DNA of 53,299 nucleotides, filler included, from Asterionella formosa (Eukaryota), in the NCBI GenBank assembly GCA_002256025.1. It is 4 parts of 4 records of this genome, joined end to end, with 100 filler letters (N's around TTAATTAATTAA, not from the genome) between each part and the next. Parts side by side here need not be neighbours in the genome. Positions count along the whole stretch, not along the records: positions 13,361 to 26,615 come from NKIB01006846.1; positions 26,716 to 39,968 come from NKIB01006856.1; 2 more parts are not named here. The stretch is one strand, 5' to 3'. The position numbers and the translations under genes are program-made. Below the pieces are notes generated by a model that had not been told where the DNA came from, did no database searches, and saw only the letters and a list, made by a program, of their open reading frames with translations. Shown in pieces: positions 23,980 through 35,150 of this stretch; positions within the stretch are counted from its first letter, which is position 1, and the number at the start of each line of letters is the position of its first letter.

Positions 23980-25523
23980 TCACTTAATGTTCTTCCTCCA
24001 AAGTGTTGAGCGTTTTGGCTGGTTTTTCATCTTCATGCCATCAAGTTCTTCCTGCAGCTTTGCTATCATATTCCTAAGGGCAGAATTTTCTTCACAAAGC
24101 AATGTTATTTGGTCCTTCAGCTCATTTATGTCCTGAGTATTCCTCCAAACTTCATCCTTGTAAGCTTCACGATGATCTGCATACATTAGACCGCCATCAC
24201 TTTGTGGAGAGGAATTTATCTTGGCCAAATCTTTTTTAACTGCATCTAGTTCACGCTCAAGTTTGGCTCTATCTGCAAGAGCATCATTCAACCTCTTGGA
24301 ATGTTGCTTTTGAGAATCATTCAACCGCTTCACTTCTGTGGCAAGATAATCAACATCAACTTCACTGGATCCTTGGATGACCAAAGCTTCTTTATCACTA
24401 ACCACTTTCGTTTTGTCAGTTACGCAGTATTGGATGTCTTGATTCAAAACATAACTATTATTTCCATTCATGGTAGTGACTGTATTCGGTAGTTGAATCT
24501 TTGGTAGTTTCTTAACTTCATCAATAGACATGTTCAAGGTATTTGCAGCAAGACATTCATGCAGGTTTATCTCGAAATTGAAACTATCAAAAAGATTGTG
24601 TAGAGGAGTATTTTCTCCTGGCTTCATTATGTGAGCAAGAGCACAGTCAGCAACTGCACATCCTTTCTGCCTTGCCGGTGTGTTTGCTTTCTCAGCCAGC
24701 AACAGCAGCATGGATGTCTTGAAACTCCCAAACTTGTCATCAATAGAGCCAAATGTTTTGTTAGCATGCAATGCCCGTACCATTATTCTAGCAAAGCACT
24801 CCACATCATACTTGTATGATACATAATTGTTTCTCTTCAGGGAAGCTAGAGTGGCAAAATCTGCAACATTAGCAACACCCAGCCACTGATCTCGACTCTC
24901 TTTGAGTTGAACAATCATCTGAAGGAAAGACAAAATTGTATGCGCACCAGGGACTGGTACGTTTTTCTTCACCTATTCGATGGCAGTAGCAACAAGTGCA
25001 CCAGTTTTGGTATTCTTGATCAGGTCAACTCCATCATTGCTAAGAAAAAGGTTGGTGATATATGAGCGTACAGAACCCTTTTTTTTACCTGTCACCATGT
25101 CTGAGGAAAGATCCTCACAAGCTCCAATCATACAGTTTAGTTTGCCAAAAAGTTTTAGATAGAACTCACTGTATTTCTTACAAGAAAGGATTGCCTTTTG
25201 TTCCTCCTGATCGTCAGAATCCTGGCTTGTTTTTTCAAGTAATATTTTCAATATTTCCTGATGCTTGGTTGTGAGTTGAAAACTAGATGCTTGATTTGAC
25301 TTCTTGTCTTCAAAAGATTCAATGAGAATCTTAATACGTTCATTGTCTTCTTGTGTCTTTGCGATTAGCTTGACCAGATCTTCATGTACAATGCGCTCAT
25401 TGTCTCCTTTTGTATTGGTGCCTTCCTGTTGCTGATTAATTAAAAACCTATCTTTGACAATGGGATTAGTTGGATTGTTACTGCTTGGCATTGGAGTGGT
25501 TGGGGAAGAAGGATGTGCTGCAT

Positions 25524-25558
<35 letters not shown>

Positions 25559-25941
25559 GATGATGATGTTGGCTGAGTTGTGTTGGCTATTGTTGGTTTG
25601 CGGTTCATGTTTGCATCAATGAGTTTGTTTATATCATTTCGTAAATTGTCACCAATTGAATTACTATCGAGATAAAGTCTAGTCAAGACAGTATTGTCCT
25701 TGAGAGCTTCTGCAATGGACTTGGCTCCGTCATCACCAATTGAATTATAACTGAGAGAAAGTGTAGTCAAGAGAGTATTGACCTTGAGAGCCTCTGCAAT
25801 GGCCTTGGCTCCGTCAACACCAATTGAATTACCATTGAGATTAAGGAAAGTCAAACTTGGATCTTTCGCTTTCAACCGTTTGACATATTTGTCCAATTCT
25901 GTTTCTTCCTTCTTTCGAACTTTTCTTCGAAACATTGTCAA
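23980..25941 (-). CDS. RI/NLRC3-type LRR + poly-Thr linker + unknown helical domain + coiled coil; one in-frame TAG at 24973-24975 (possible pseudogene)
   Basis: LxLxxNSIGxDGAKAIAEALKxNTxL repeats. ORFs 24973-25941 and 23980-24972 are in the same frame, and the paralog at 13361-14300 reads through this position. Confidence 0.75.
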
Positions 25942-26615
25942 TGTCGTCTTGAATGTAATGAGAGTTATCTATTGTTTATTCGAGCGACTTCTTTGTTTGG
26001 TTCTTGTTCGTGTCTCGTCGTCGTTATCGTGATTAAATTCTGCAAAAATAGTTTCTCTATCACTTGTCGTAGAATTCTACGATGCAAGTCATTATTGCTC
26101 CTGCATGATAGATGGAAAATGCCGAAAATTTTGTCGATCCTCATGAATCGGTACCAATGTGTTAAAGTGATCTCATCTACGTAGTTATGACTCGGAGTCA
26201 AACGAGTCAAACGATTCGAATGAGTCCACTTTGATGTACCAAGCTCTCATCAACCACACATTATACATATGTTACTCCGACTATAATGAGCCGGACAATA
26301 TAAGCTATTTCGGAAGACCGATAGTTTGAAATGAATGATCATGTTTAAATACCTATGATCAGTAAGTGTGAGATAGACATGGGTCTATCTATGATTGTAT
26401 GTTTCTAGAAATGCAAACAGCATTTGGAGAATAGTTCGTTTGTTTTGTTCAAACAGAACAGCCTAAACTAGAATAGTAAACTCACAAAAAGAATATAGAA
26501 ACGGAAAGAGAAACGAACGTCTCTATCTATAGTCTTCTTTGTCTAACGATATAGATCTATACAAAAGGTAATACTTTCACAAAACATATCAATGTAAATA
26601 AACAAGAATTATATT

Positions 26616-26715
26616 NNNNNNNNNNNNNNNNNNNNNNNNNNNNNNNNNNNNNNNNNNNNTTAATTAATTAANNNNNNNNNNNNNNNNNNNNNNNNNNNNN
26701 NNNNNNNNNNNNNNN
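26616..26715. other. Artificial contig linker
   Basis: N44-TTAATTAATTAA-N44. Confidence 0.98.
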
Positions 26716-27513
26716 TTTACTAGGCCAAGTAAACGAGTTAGCCCGGTAAAATCCACTATTTTCAGCATAGTTAAAAAACCGAAGTTCCTTTCTGCAGTTT
26801 CTCGCCAGATCCTATATCCTGACGATATATAGCGTTGACCTATACCCCTACTTTGATAAATGACTGTATTCAAGCATGTGGAAAGGGTGTGTATTGGTGA
26901 AAGCTCCGTTTAGCGATATACATTTACGTTTTAATCATAAGAAGTCTATGTTTGACTACTCTGACTTAATATTATTTTTTTAACCCTACCTCGAGCTAGG
27001 GGTTCAAATGCAGGAACCTTAAGTGGTACACAGAATCCTGGTTCTTTTTCCAGTTTTTCTCTGTTCGGCGGCACATGAGTTGGTCGTGATTGATTGGTGC
27101 GCTCAACATCTGTCTCTATCGGTTTTCCTGTACAAATAATTTTTTTAGTCCACTGATATAAAGCAATCACGAGGGGGATTGATTTCCGGACGATCATATA
27201 ACTGGAGTACCATCATCAGGTAGACTACCGGTACTCCAAATACAAATGATAGTAACATCGAGATAGCATTAAATGTCAATGGCAGAAATGTGTGCAAATG
27301 TTACGATCAAATGAGATGCTCGTTAACAGGATTTCGTGATTGGGCACCTTTACCATGTTTTGGCATGGTCACCACACTCTGAACGCGATCAAGCCCCACT
27401 GAGGCATCCATCTTGGCAAAGCAAACCTGCAAACTGGGCGATGACCGCACAACTTCATTTTGAGCAAAGTGTTATCGGCAATACCTGAATCTAGCAAACA
27501 GCACATCTGTGTT

Positions 27514-30500
27514 ATGACTGCTTTCACCAAGCATTCTGTGGTTCTCGCCTTGACCATTAGTCTTCTTGGAAGGGGGGTTCAGTCGAGGTCGTCCTTGCAA
27601 ACCACTGGGCATAATGGAAACACGGACGGGGACATGATCTTTCAAAACAAGCTAAAGTTCATTCCTCCTGGTCTCGTCGACGCGGATCAAGGGGTCGATC
27701 GCGGTCGTGACCTTACCTTCAAGCAACCAGATAAGTCTCCCACCAAGTCTCCAATTAATTCTCCCACCAAGTCTCCCACAAAGCAACTTAATAAGTCTGC
27801 CGACAAGCAATCTGTTAAATCTCCCGTTAAAGCACCCCTCACAATTTCTAGTAAAGTTACACTTTTCACTGGATCAGCTGTTGGATTCGATTCAAATGGA
27901 TGCCGCTGTGCTTACCCAGGTGAGAGCGTATACCTCGTGGATATTGTGGGCCAACCATTGAATGGCACTGCTGGAGATGGATCTTCTTCAAAAGTCAGTA
28001 AAGCAAAAACTGGCAAAGGTGATTCTACAGACTATCGATACTCCACCCTCAACATCGACCGCCGTAAACCTAGTACACGTCGTCAACTCACGAAAAGCAA
28101 GAGCAGCAGCAAGGGTAGCAAGGGCTCGTCTTCCGGAGGAGTGGGGAATCTGGATAGGTACCCTGATGGGCAGTGCATCTTGCCTCGCAGTCATCCAGCC
28201 TGTCAAAACGTTCGATATGTCTGTCCCGGAACTACAGTCAATGGTCCAGTCTGGTCCTATTCTTGTTCCTCTCTTGATTTTGCCTTCAACTCTGGATTAA
28301 GCATTTCCATTTCCATCGACACTGGCAGCACAGGGTCAAAGTCTTCCAAATCGACCAAGTCTGGAAAGTCTCACAAGCGCGTCTTGAAGACTAATGATCA
28401 TGTGCGTGTTAGCCCAGGTCGAGCCATTCCCGCCGCCAACCAATCAACAAGCAAGACGAAATCGAAGTCTTCGATTTCCTCTAGTGGGTCCTCTCCTCCC
28501 CTCCCTAACTGGATTTTCCCCGATATCGCTGTCCTACCACTTTCCTACGTCTACCTACCATCAAATTATTTTTTGTGTCAGTGCCGTTCCAAGTTCGACA
28601 TTATTTCAAGTGTCACGCCCAATGATTACATTGTCAGTAATATTAAAACAGGCTTTGATATTGTCGGCGATGCATCAGGATGCGTCTTGGATATTACTTC
28701 CAGTCACGCCGTCAGTAAGGGGAGCAAAGGCAAAACTAGTTCGGGGGGGAAGGGAAATAAGAAAATTCTTACGAGCACAGGAGATGGAAGCGGTACAAGC
28801 AAAGCCAAAGGAAGTAAAGCAGGAGCTTACAACTCCATTACTACCCTTGATTGCAAACCTTCCTTCAATGTACTTATAGCTGAAGATGGAAAGGTGGTTG
28901 CTAATCTAGGGGGACCCTTCCTTTACTTCGATCCTAACTGTATTGCGCCTCCACCCACTCCGAGACTTCCGACACCTCCGCCTACCTCGTTGCCAACACC
29001 GATAGCAATATCACCCCCGACCTTTCTTGCGACGTTCGATCCAAGTAGCAATCCATCTGCTCTTGTACTGGGATCCATATGTGGAAACGTTAAAGAGGAC
29101 ATCAACAACAATGATATTGGCGATGTTAATCTAAACGGCGTCACAATCAGACTGCTTGACAGTAGCAACCAATTGGTTTCAGCGAAGAATACTGACAGTT
29201 TAGGTAATTACTGTTTCTACGATCTTCCAGAAGGGATATACAACGTCTTCGAGGTAAACCCAAATGGACTTCCTTTTGATGTAAGCGATATTGATGGCAA
29301 CAAATTCGACAGCCTTATCAGAGTCGACCTGTCTCCTGGAGAAAACTCAACCGGAAACGACTTTGTTGACGAGAGGTGTAGACGAATTGATGGAATCGTT
29401 CTGGAAGATATCAGCAATGACAAATTTGGCGATCGACCTATCAACAGTGTCACTGTGAATCTTGTAGCCGCCAATGGCACCATCTTGGTTGCTATGACAA
29501 CGAGTCTCGACGGTAAATTCGCTTTTGAGTGTGTCCGACCTGGGACGTACACAGTGAAAGAGATCACACCAGGCGGATACAGAGACGTGATCGACTCCGA
29601 TGGTGGAGATCCAAATGCCATTGTTGTGGATGTTTCTTCAACAGATAATGGAGGTCTGATTTTCGTCGATAAAAAGGTTCCAGTGCCGACCCTAAAGCCT
29701 TCTATCCCCACATCTCCTCCTTCAACGCTTCTGCCGTTAACTGTAGCTCCAGGTCTAGCTCCTGCCACAACTGTACCTGGCTCGACTCCATCTACTGGAT
29801 CTCCTGGCTTGACTCCTACTACAATGGAACCTGACTCGATTCCCACTACTGCCTCCCCTGGTTTCATTCCTTCCACTGCGGCGCCTGGTTTGTTTCTCGG
29901 GTCTATCAGCGGTGTTGTGCTCGAAGATATTAATAACAACAAAAGTGGTGACACTCCTATCGGTGGAGTGAACCTGACTTTGTTTGATAGTTCCGGCAAG
30001 GTTGTTTCTTCTAAGTTGACTTACAGCAATGGATTTTATGAGTTCAATGGCTTACCTACTGGCACATACACAGTAGTCGAGACTGATTTGCCGGGCTTTA
30101 TTTCTGTATCTGATACCAGTGGCAGCAATGACAATATTATCCAAGTTGTTCTTGGAGCAGGAGCTGGCAATAACTCGACTGGCAACAACTTTACTGATGA
30201 AGTCGCCCGCACTATTAGCGGTGTAGTTTTGGAAGACACTATCAACAACAATGTTGGGGACAAACCAATTGGTGGTGTTATCATTGAGCTGCACTTCCCT
30301 AATGGAACATTCATTGCCAGCACGACTACGGATTCCAACGGTGCTTTTAATTTCGAGGGTATCTTTCCTGGTGTGTACACTGTTGTGGAGAAGACACCTG
30401 TCGGCTTTGTCGATGTGGGTGACAGTGATGGCGGAGATCCCAACGTTCTCACGATTGATGTCACTTCCGGAAATAAAACCAGTGACAACTACTTCACTGA

Positions 30501-31242
30501 CAAGCTTGTTAGTGCATCCCCAACCAGTAGCGAATCGTCCCCTCCGTTTTGGATTCTACCTCGCAACCCCAGCGCTTTCCCAAGCAAAAGTATTTCTCCC
30601 TCGGGAAACCCAAGCATTGCACCTACGACTAAAATGCCTGTTGGTAACCCTGACCCTTGGCCCCGACGTCAACGTTTCATAAAGGAAACGGACGAACACC
30701 ATGGTGATCCAATGAAGACTAATCACCCTTCTAAAAAAATCACTGACATCATAATGGAGACAGAATGCGAGAGGAATTCAAAGGCACTTGACATTCTGCC
30801 TGTATCTGTTGACAGTTGCTCTGTTACTGACTTTGAGAGTCCAATCAAGATTATATCCCAGGATGGAGCCTCCGTGACATTTTCCATTCGACAAGTTTGG
30901 AAAGGTTGCACCGGAGGCAATGATAAGCTTGCCTGGATGGCCGCAGATTATATCGGTCTTGACAATGAACTCCACTGCTCTAATTACAACAACTTGATTT
31001 GTGATGTCATATCCGAAATTACAGCAAAGTGCAGCGATGGCGTGACAGTTGTGGATCTTTTCGGCTTCGAACCAGGACTTTTCTCACAGACTGATGGATC
31101 TGGTATGAACATTCCTGAAGCTTGTCAAGCATTAGGCAACATCAAAGAAATGTGTCACTTTCGCTACATCTTGAAATGCACACCCAGTTTATGCACAAGC
31201 ATCCCTTCTAATATTGCTCCTCGTCGATTGGGTGGAGCATAA
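27514..31242 (+). CDS. Large secreted protein: Lys/Ser-rich KxxK region, 4 SdrD-B/Cna-B-like domains, PT-rich linkers, Cys-rich C-terminal domain
   Basis: The first in-frame ATG at 27514 is followed by a hydrophobic signal (SVVLALTISLLG). There are four GxIxGxVxEDxxN...GDxPIxGVxxxL...TDxNGxxxF..PGxYTVxE units. Long uninterrupted ORF. Confidence 0.88.
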   Translation: MTAFTKHSVVLALTISLLGRGVQSRSSLQTTGHNGNTDGDMIFQNKLKFIPPGLVDADQGVDRGRDLTFKQPDKSPTKSPINSPTKSPTKQLNKSADKQSVKSPVKAPLTISSKVTLFTGSAVGFDSNGCRCAYPGESVYLVDIVGQPLNGTAGDGSSSKVSKAKTGKGDSTDYRYSTLNIDRRKPSTRRQLTKSKSSSKGSKGSSSGGVGNLDRYPDGQCILPRSHPACQNVRYVCPGTTVNGPVWSYSCSSLDFAFNSGLSISISIDTGSTGSKSSKSTKSGKSHKRVLKTNDHVRVSPGRAIPAANQSTSKTKSKSSISSSGSSPPLPNWIFPDIAVLPLSYVYLPSNYFLCQCRSKFDIISSVTPNDYIVSNIKTGFDIVGDASGCVLDITSSHAVSKGSKGKTSSGGKGNKKILTSTGDGSGTSKAKGSKAGAYNSITTLDCKPSFNVLIAEDGKVVANLGGPFLYFDPNCIAPPPTPRLPTPPPTSLPTPIAISPPTFLATFDPSSNPSALVLGSICGNVKEDINNNDIGDVNLNGVTIRLLDSSNQLVSAKNTDSLGNYCFYDLPEGIYNVFEVNPNGLPFDVSDIDGNKFDSLIRVDLSPGENSTGNDFVDERCRRIDGIVLEDISNDKFGDRPINSVTVNLVAANGTILVAMTTSLDGKFAFECVRPGTYTVKEITPGGYRDVIDSDGGDPNAIVVDVSSTDNGGLIFVDKKVPVPTLKPSIPTSPPSTLLPLTVAPGLAPATTVPGSTPSTGSPGLTPTTMEPDSIPTTASPGFIPSTAAPGLFLGSISGVVLEDINNNKSGDTPIGGVNLTLFDSSGKVVSSKLTYSNGFYEFNGLPTGTYTVVETDLPGFISVSDTSGSNDNIIQVVLGAGAGNNSTGNNFTDEVARTISGVVLEDTINNNVGDKPIGGVIIELHFPNGTFIASTTTDSNGAFNFEGIFPGVYTVVEKTPVGFVDVGDSDGGDPNVLTIDVTSGNKTSDNYFTDKLVSASPTSSESSPPFWILPRNPSAFPSKSISPSGNPSIAPTTKMPVGNPDPWPRRQRFIKETDEHHGDPMKTNHPSKKITDIIMETECERNSKALDILPVSVDSCSVTDFESPIKIISQDGASVTFSIRQVWKGCTGGNDKLAWMAADYIGLDNELHCSNYNNLICDVISEITAKCSDGVTVVDLFGFEPGLFSQTDGSGMNIPEACQALGNIKEMCHFRYILKCTPSLCTSIPSNIAPRRLGGA

Positions 31243-32011
31243 CAATACGTTTATATATTTCGATTCATATATTTACTGATGTCTATTATGTATTAGACAG
31301 TGCGGAAGGGGTCTGTATGGACATATTATTCCCAAGTAGATAGTAATACTGGTGCATCTACTATTGCTGTGTAAAACCCATTTACCCTGATATATAAGAC
31401 GTATTGAGATGATTTACCTACATAGCGATACAGGGTAATTTTTTACACATCGGCAACATCTTCGTCAGCAGAAGAGTTCCAAATAGTTAGGAACAAGCGA
31501 CATGGTGGGGTTGCAATGTGAGAGGCAAATGAATAAGAAATGGGCAATAATCTAGTACTAGTAGTAAGTAGTAAAGCATTGGAAGGAACCAAACAAGACA
31601 TGTTTTTTATTGTTTTAGCGAAAAGAATAGCGGGAGTCACGGGAAGGAACATAATTCTGTTCTTGTTTTGTTGCGTTCAGAATCAATAGCAATCACCATT
31701 TTTAACCGCTATCTCCAGTTCTAATGCACTAGAATCAGCGTCCTTGTCTGCTGCATAGTGATGTATCCCAGAAACATCGCGTCTACATATTATAAGGAAT
31801 AATTACTTTGTCCAGTCACCTTTTTTTTGCCTGCAATTGCATCAACGTTTCAATCCATCGTTTTGCTGCGTTGTTGGTACCAATTGCTTGCATGAAAAGT
31901 AAGGCACATAATCGACTAGGGGGCAGATACGCAATAGAAACTTGATTCCGCTACTACCTGCGGTGTCAATTTATTGTGGTTTTCATTATGATGCACATGG
32001 TGAGAATTCAA

Positions 32012-34537
32012 TCATGGTTTGGGTGGATCCCAAAAGCCATCCCAATCTCCACCCAATCTTTTGTATAATCTCTTGTTGTATGGTTCGAAAAACCTTTGAA
32101 GCATTTCCCGAGTCTCGTTCTTCATTGGAAACTTGTAGTCACTTACTACCCTCTCAGCTTCATCTTTTAGTGGAGCATATGGCAACCCAAGAAAGTCGAG
32201 AACCTTCCGATATTCTCCATCCTTGTCCAAATGCATGTCTTCGGACCTTACAATATAAATCTGAGTGGAGGGATCTCGCCCGGCAGCTTGCATAGCCTTA
32301 CTCCAATGGCGTAGTTGAACATCATAAAGACTTCGACCAATGGGTCCTTCCCCAACCATTTTTAGGTATTGAAGCCAGGCAGAGTCTTCATCCTCCTCAT
32401 TGTTGGCATCCAAAAAACCCGATTGATTTAGAAATGTAAGATCATCTTCAATCCATTGCTCAAAAGGAAATGTTGTCCCTGTCCTCCACTCAGTAAAAGC
32501 ATGGTTTGAATATGCTCTATCAATAGGATTTCGAAGTATTAACACTAACTTGATCCAGGGAGTGACACACAGTATTCTCTGGGGTAGCATCGAAGAATAG
32601 AAAAAGTAGCCAGGTGTAGCATCAAAGGATATCACGGACTTGTGTGACATTAAGACATTGGAATGATATTCCGTAAGGTACATTTCATCTCGTGCTTTCT
32701 TGACCAGTGTCACACGGTCTTTGTCAACAAAATCCAATCTAAAATTTTTGTTCATAAAGAACTGAAGTTCCTTGGTTCTCGCTCTTTCCACTAGTGGGTG
32801 TTGCATTATGTATGTGGCCAATGATGTTGTTCCGCTCTTTTTGGCACCGGGGAGCATAAAATAAGGCGCTCGAAGCTTCCATTTGTCATCTTCAGTCGTC
32901 GGATACCACTCTACTCCGGTCAGGTTGCACCATTGGTTAGTAAATATTTTGCCTTGTACCTTGTCATAGTCTGGATACTCATATGTTGGTGCCAAGAGTA
33001 GCACTTCTGTCTTGCTACTCAACGGTTCACGAGAGTTTGTGACAGTTTTTCCTTGAGTCTGCTCAAGAAACTCCTCGTTTTTGGCGACTTGGTGATTCAC
33101 TGGATCGGTATACATTTGAATTTTTGGGGGTTTATAGACCGGATGATTGTCCCACTCATCACTCCAATCTTTACCAAGCAGCTTGTACAGGCGTTGATTG
33201 TATGGTTTGAAAAATTCCTTGAGCAGGACCGTTGTCGTATTCTTCATCACTGGAAGTTTGTAATTAGTTAACATTTCGTTTCTGTAATGTTTTGAATGAC
33301 TTGCTGGCAATTGGAGCCAACGAAATATATTGTTGCAAGTCTCATCTGGCTTTGCTCGCATATCCTCATTCCTTACAATCATGAATTCTGTCTTGGGATT
33401 TCTTCCAATACTATAGAGAGCATCAAACCACGCCTCAAGTTGAATGATATACAACGACCGACCAATTCCGCCTATTCCAGAACCAGCAGTTATTGTACCA
33501 AGGTACTTGTCCCAAGCTTGTTTTTCCATATCAGAACCATAAAAGGTCTCATTAGGGATTTTATTTTGAATCACACCTGCTTCTCGTAAACGTCTAAAAT
33601 CAGCTTCTATCCATTTTTCAAATGTTGGTATCTTTGACTGATCCAAAAACGTTTCGAGTTCAAAGTTATAATTCGACAAGACTCTGGAAGTGGGTTCACG
33701 GAGGGTGACTAATAGCTTGACCCAAGGTACTGTGCAGAGAATGGCAGGAATTGAGGTTGACGTAAAGAATAGGTATCCCGGAGTTGCTTCAAAAGATATT
33801 GATTTGTTCTTGGCCATGAGTTTTTTGTGATTGTAATCGTTTGTATACATTTCTGCACGGGCCTCTTGGACAAGTATGGTTCCTGTTTTTGATGTATGGT
33901 TGAATATAGTTGGTAGGAAGTACAAAAGTTCCTTTGTCCTAGCTGAACTTATCCGTGGATGCATTGTCAACCAACTCCAAAGGGTAGATGTTCCAGCTTT
34001 TTTTGCCCCAATCAGCAAAAAGTATGGACCACGCTGCTGCCATGCAAGTGTGCCATTCGGATACCATTCTACACCCTCCAAATTACAATGGGTTTTGACA
34101 AATGGTACTAGTGGAGACGAAGATGGGGATGATGATGGTGATGGTGATGGTGATGATGATGATGATGATGATGGTGATGGTGATGGTGATAATGGTGATA
34201 ATGGTGAATTAGAAATGTTTGAACGACCATCAGCGAGTCTCGTCATTTCTTGTTCAATGTCATTGTCCATGGAAACAAGTTGTTGTTGTTGTTGTTGTTG
34301 TTCCTGTTCAACATTCTTGTTGACGGTTGCTTGATGGAGTTGCATCGATGATGCTGGCGTCTGCTGCTGGTAGCTCAAGTACACAATAATGTATACCAGC
34401 GTGATGATACAAGCGATGGAACAGTATTTGTGTGGCAGTATCATTGAATTGGATACTGTATCGATAGCTAGTTGTTCAGCATTTTTTGCAGTTGTTCCTC
34501 GACGGCGATTTAAGGATTCAACATCTTGTGACATCAT
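32012..34537 (-). CDS. Type II membrane sulfotransferase with two tandem heparan-sulfate 3-O/NDST-like domains
   Basis: Two 5'-PSB motifs (IGAKKAGTSTL; PGAKKSGTTSL) and two 3'-PB motifs (LREPTSRVLS; LRNPIDRAYS). N-terminal TM and S/P/Q stem. Confidence 0.92.
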   Translation of the reverse strand: MMSQDVESLNRRRGTTAKNAEQLAIDTVSNSMILPHKYCSIACIITLVYIIVYLSYQQQTPASSMQLHQATVNKNVEQEQQQQQQQLVSMDNDIEQEMTRLADGRSNISNSPLSPLSPSPSPSSSSSSSPSPSPSSSPSSSPLVPFVKTHCNLEGVEWYPNGTLAWQQRGPYFLLIGAKKAGTSTLWSWLTMHPRISSARTKELLYFLPTIFNHTSKTGTILVQEARAEMYTNDYNHKKLMAKNKSISFEATPGYLFFTSTSIPAILCTVPWVKLLVTLREPTSRVLSNYNFELETFLDQSKIPTFEKWIEADFRRLREAGVIQNKIPNETFYGSDMEKQAWDKYLGTITAGSGIGGIGRSLYIIQLEAWFDALYSIGRNPKTEFMIVRNEDMRAKPDETCNNIFRWLQLPASHSKHYRNEMLTNYKLPVMKNTTTVLLKEFFKPYNQRLYKLLGKDWSDEWDNHPVYKPPKIQMYTDPVNHQVAKNEEFLEQTQGKTVTNSREPLSSKTEVLLLAPTYEYPDYDKVQGKIFTNQWCNLTGVEWYPTTEDDKWKLRAPYFMLPGAKKSGTTSLATYIMQHPLVERARTKELQFFMNKNFRLDFVDKDRVTLVKKARDEMYLTEYHSNVLMSHKSVISFDATPGYFFYSSMLPQRILCVTPWIKLVLILRNPIDRAYSNHAFTEWRTGTTFPFEQWIEDDLTFLNQSGFLDANNEEDEDSAWLQYLKMVGEGPIGRSLYDVQLRHWSKAMQAAGRDPSTQIYIVRSEDMHLDKDGEYRKVLDFLGLPYAPLKDEAERVVSDYKFPMKNETREMLQRFFEPYNKRLYKRLGGDWDGFWDPPKP

Positions 34538-35150
34538 TAATTCTTTCTAATTTGAGAATGAAGGATGAGGATGTTTTGATCGATATACTTACTATACGCT
34601 CGCGACAGAGGCTTCACTCCTCACTTTGTTATCTTCAATAATGTTGAATGAGGGTACCTGCTACGATAAACTCAAAACTATTACATACCGGTATTCGTCG
34701 AAGACCCAAGAAACACAATGGTGGTCGTTATCTCATCATCGCTCAGCGATAAATTACAATGTATCTTTCGTATTTATATACAAATACCTATATAAATATG
34801 CAATGAATCGACACGCCCACTAGCATACCAGTCATGAGTAAAAATATATTATATATATATTTGTATGCAAATATGTTCTTACATACTTAAGATATTGAAA
34901 CCAGTTAACGCTATTATAACTACTTCTTCTTTAAATAATATAACGGTATTACTCATAGTACTTGTGGATGAATAATGCTGCATACCTCCCCACGGCATCT
35001 TGCATATCATTTTATTACAAGCATGCAGGTATACATACATATATATATATATATCCTGTTTCTTTCTCTGTTTCAGCATCTAACAAGATCACACGATCAC
35101 ACACAAAGAAACCAACAAAGCAAACGGCGGAGGGGAACAATAAAAACAGA

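Noticed and set aside
29217..30488. Long antisense ORFs (29217-29999, 30036-30488; also 36256-37071 and 33876-34334)
   Set aside because: Shadows of well-supported genes on the opposite strand.
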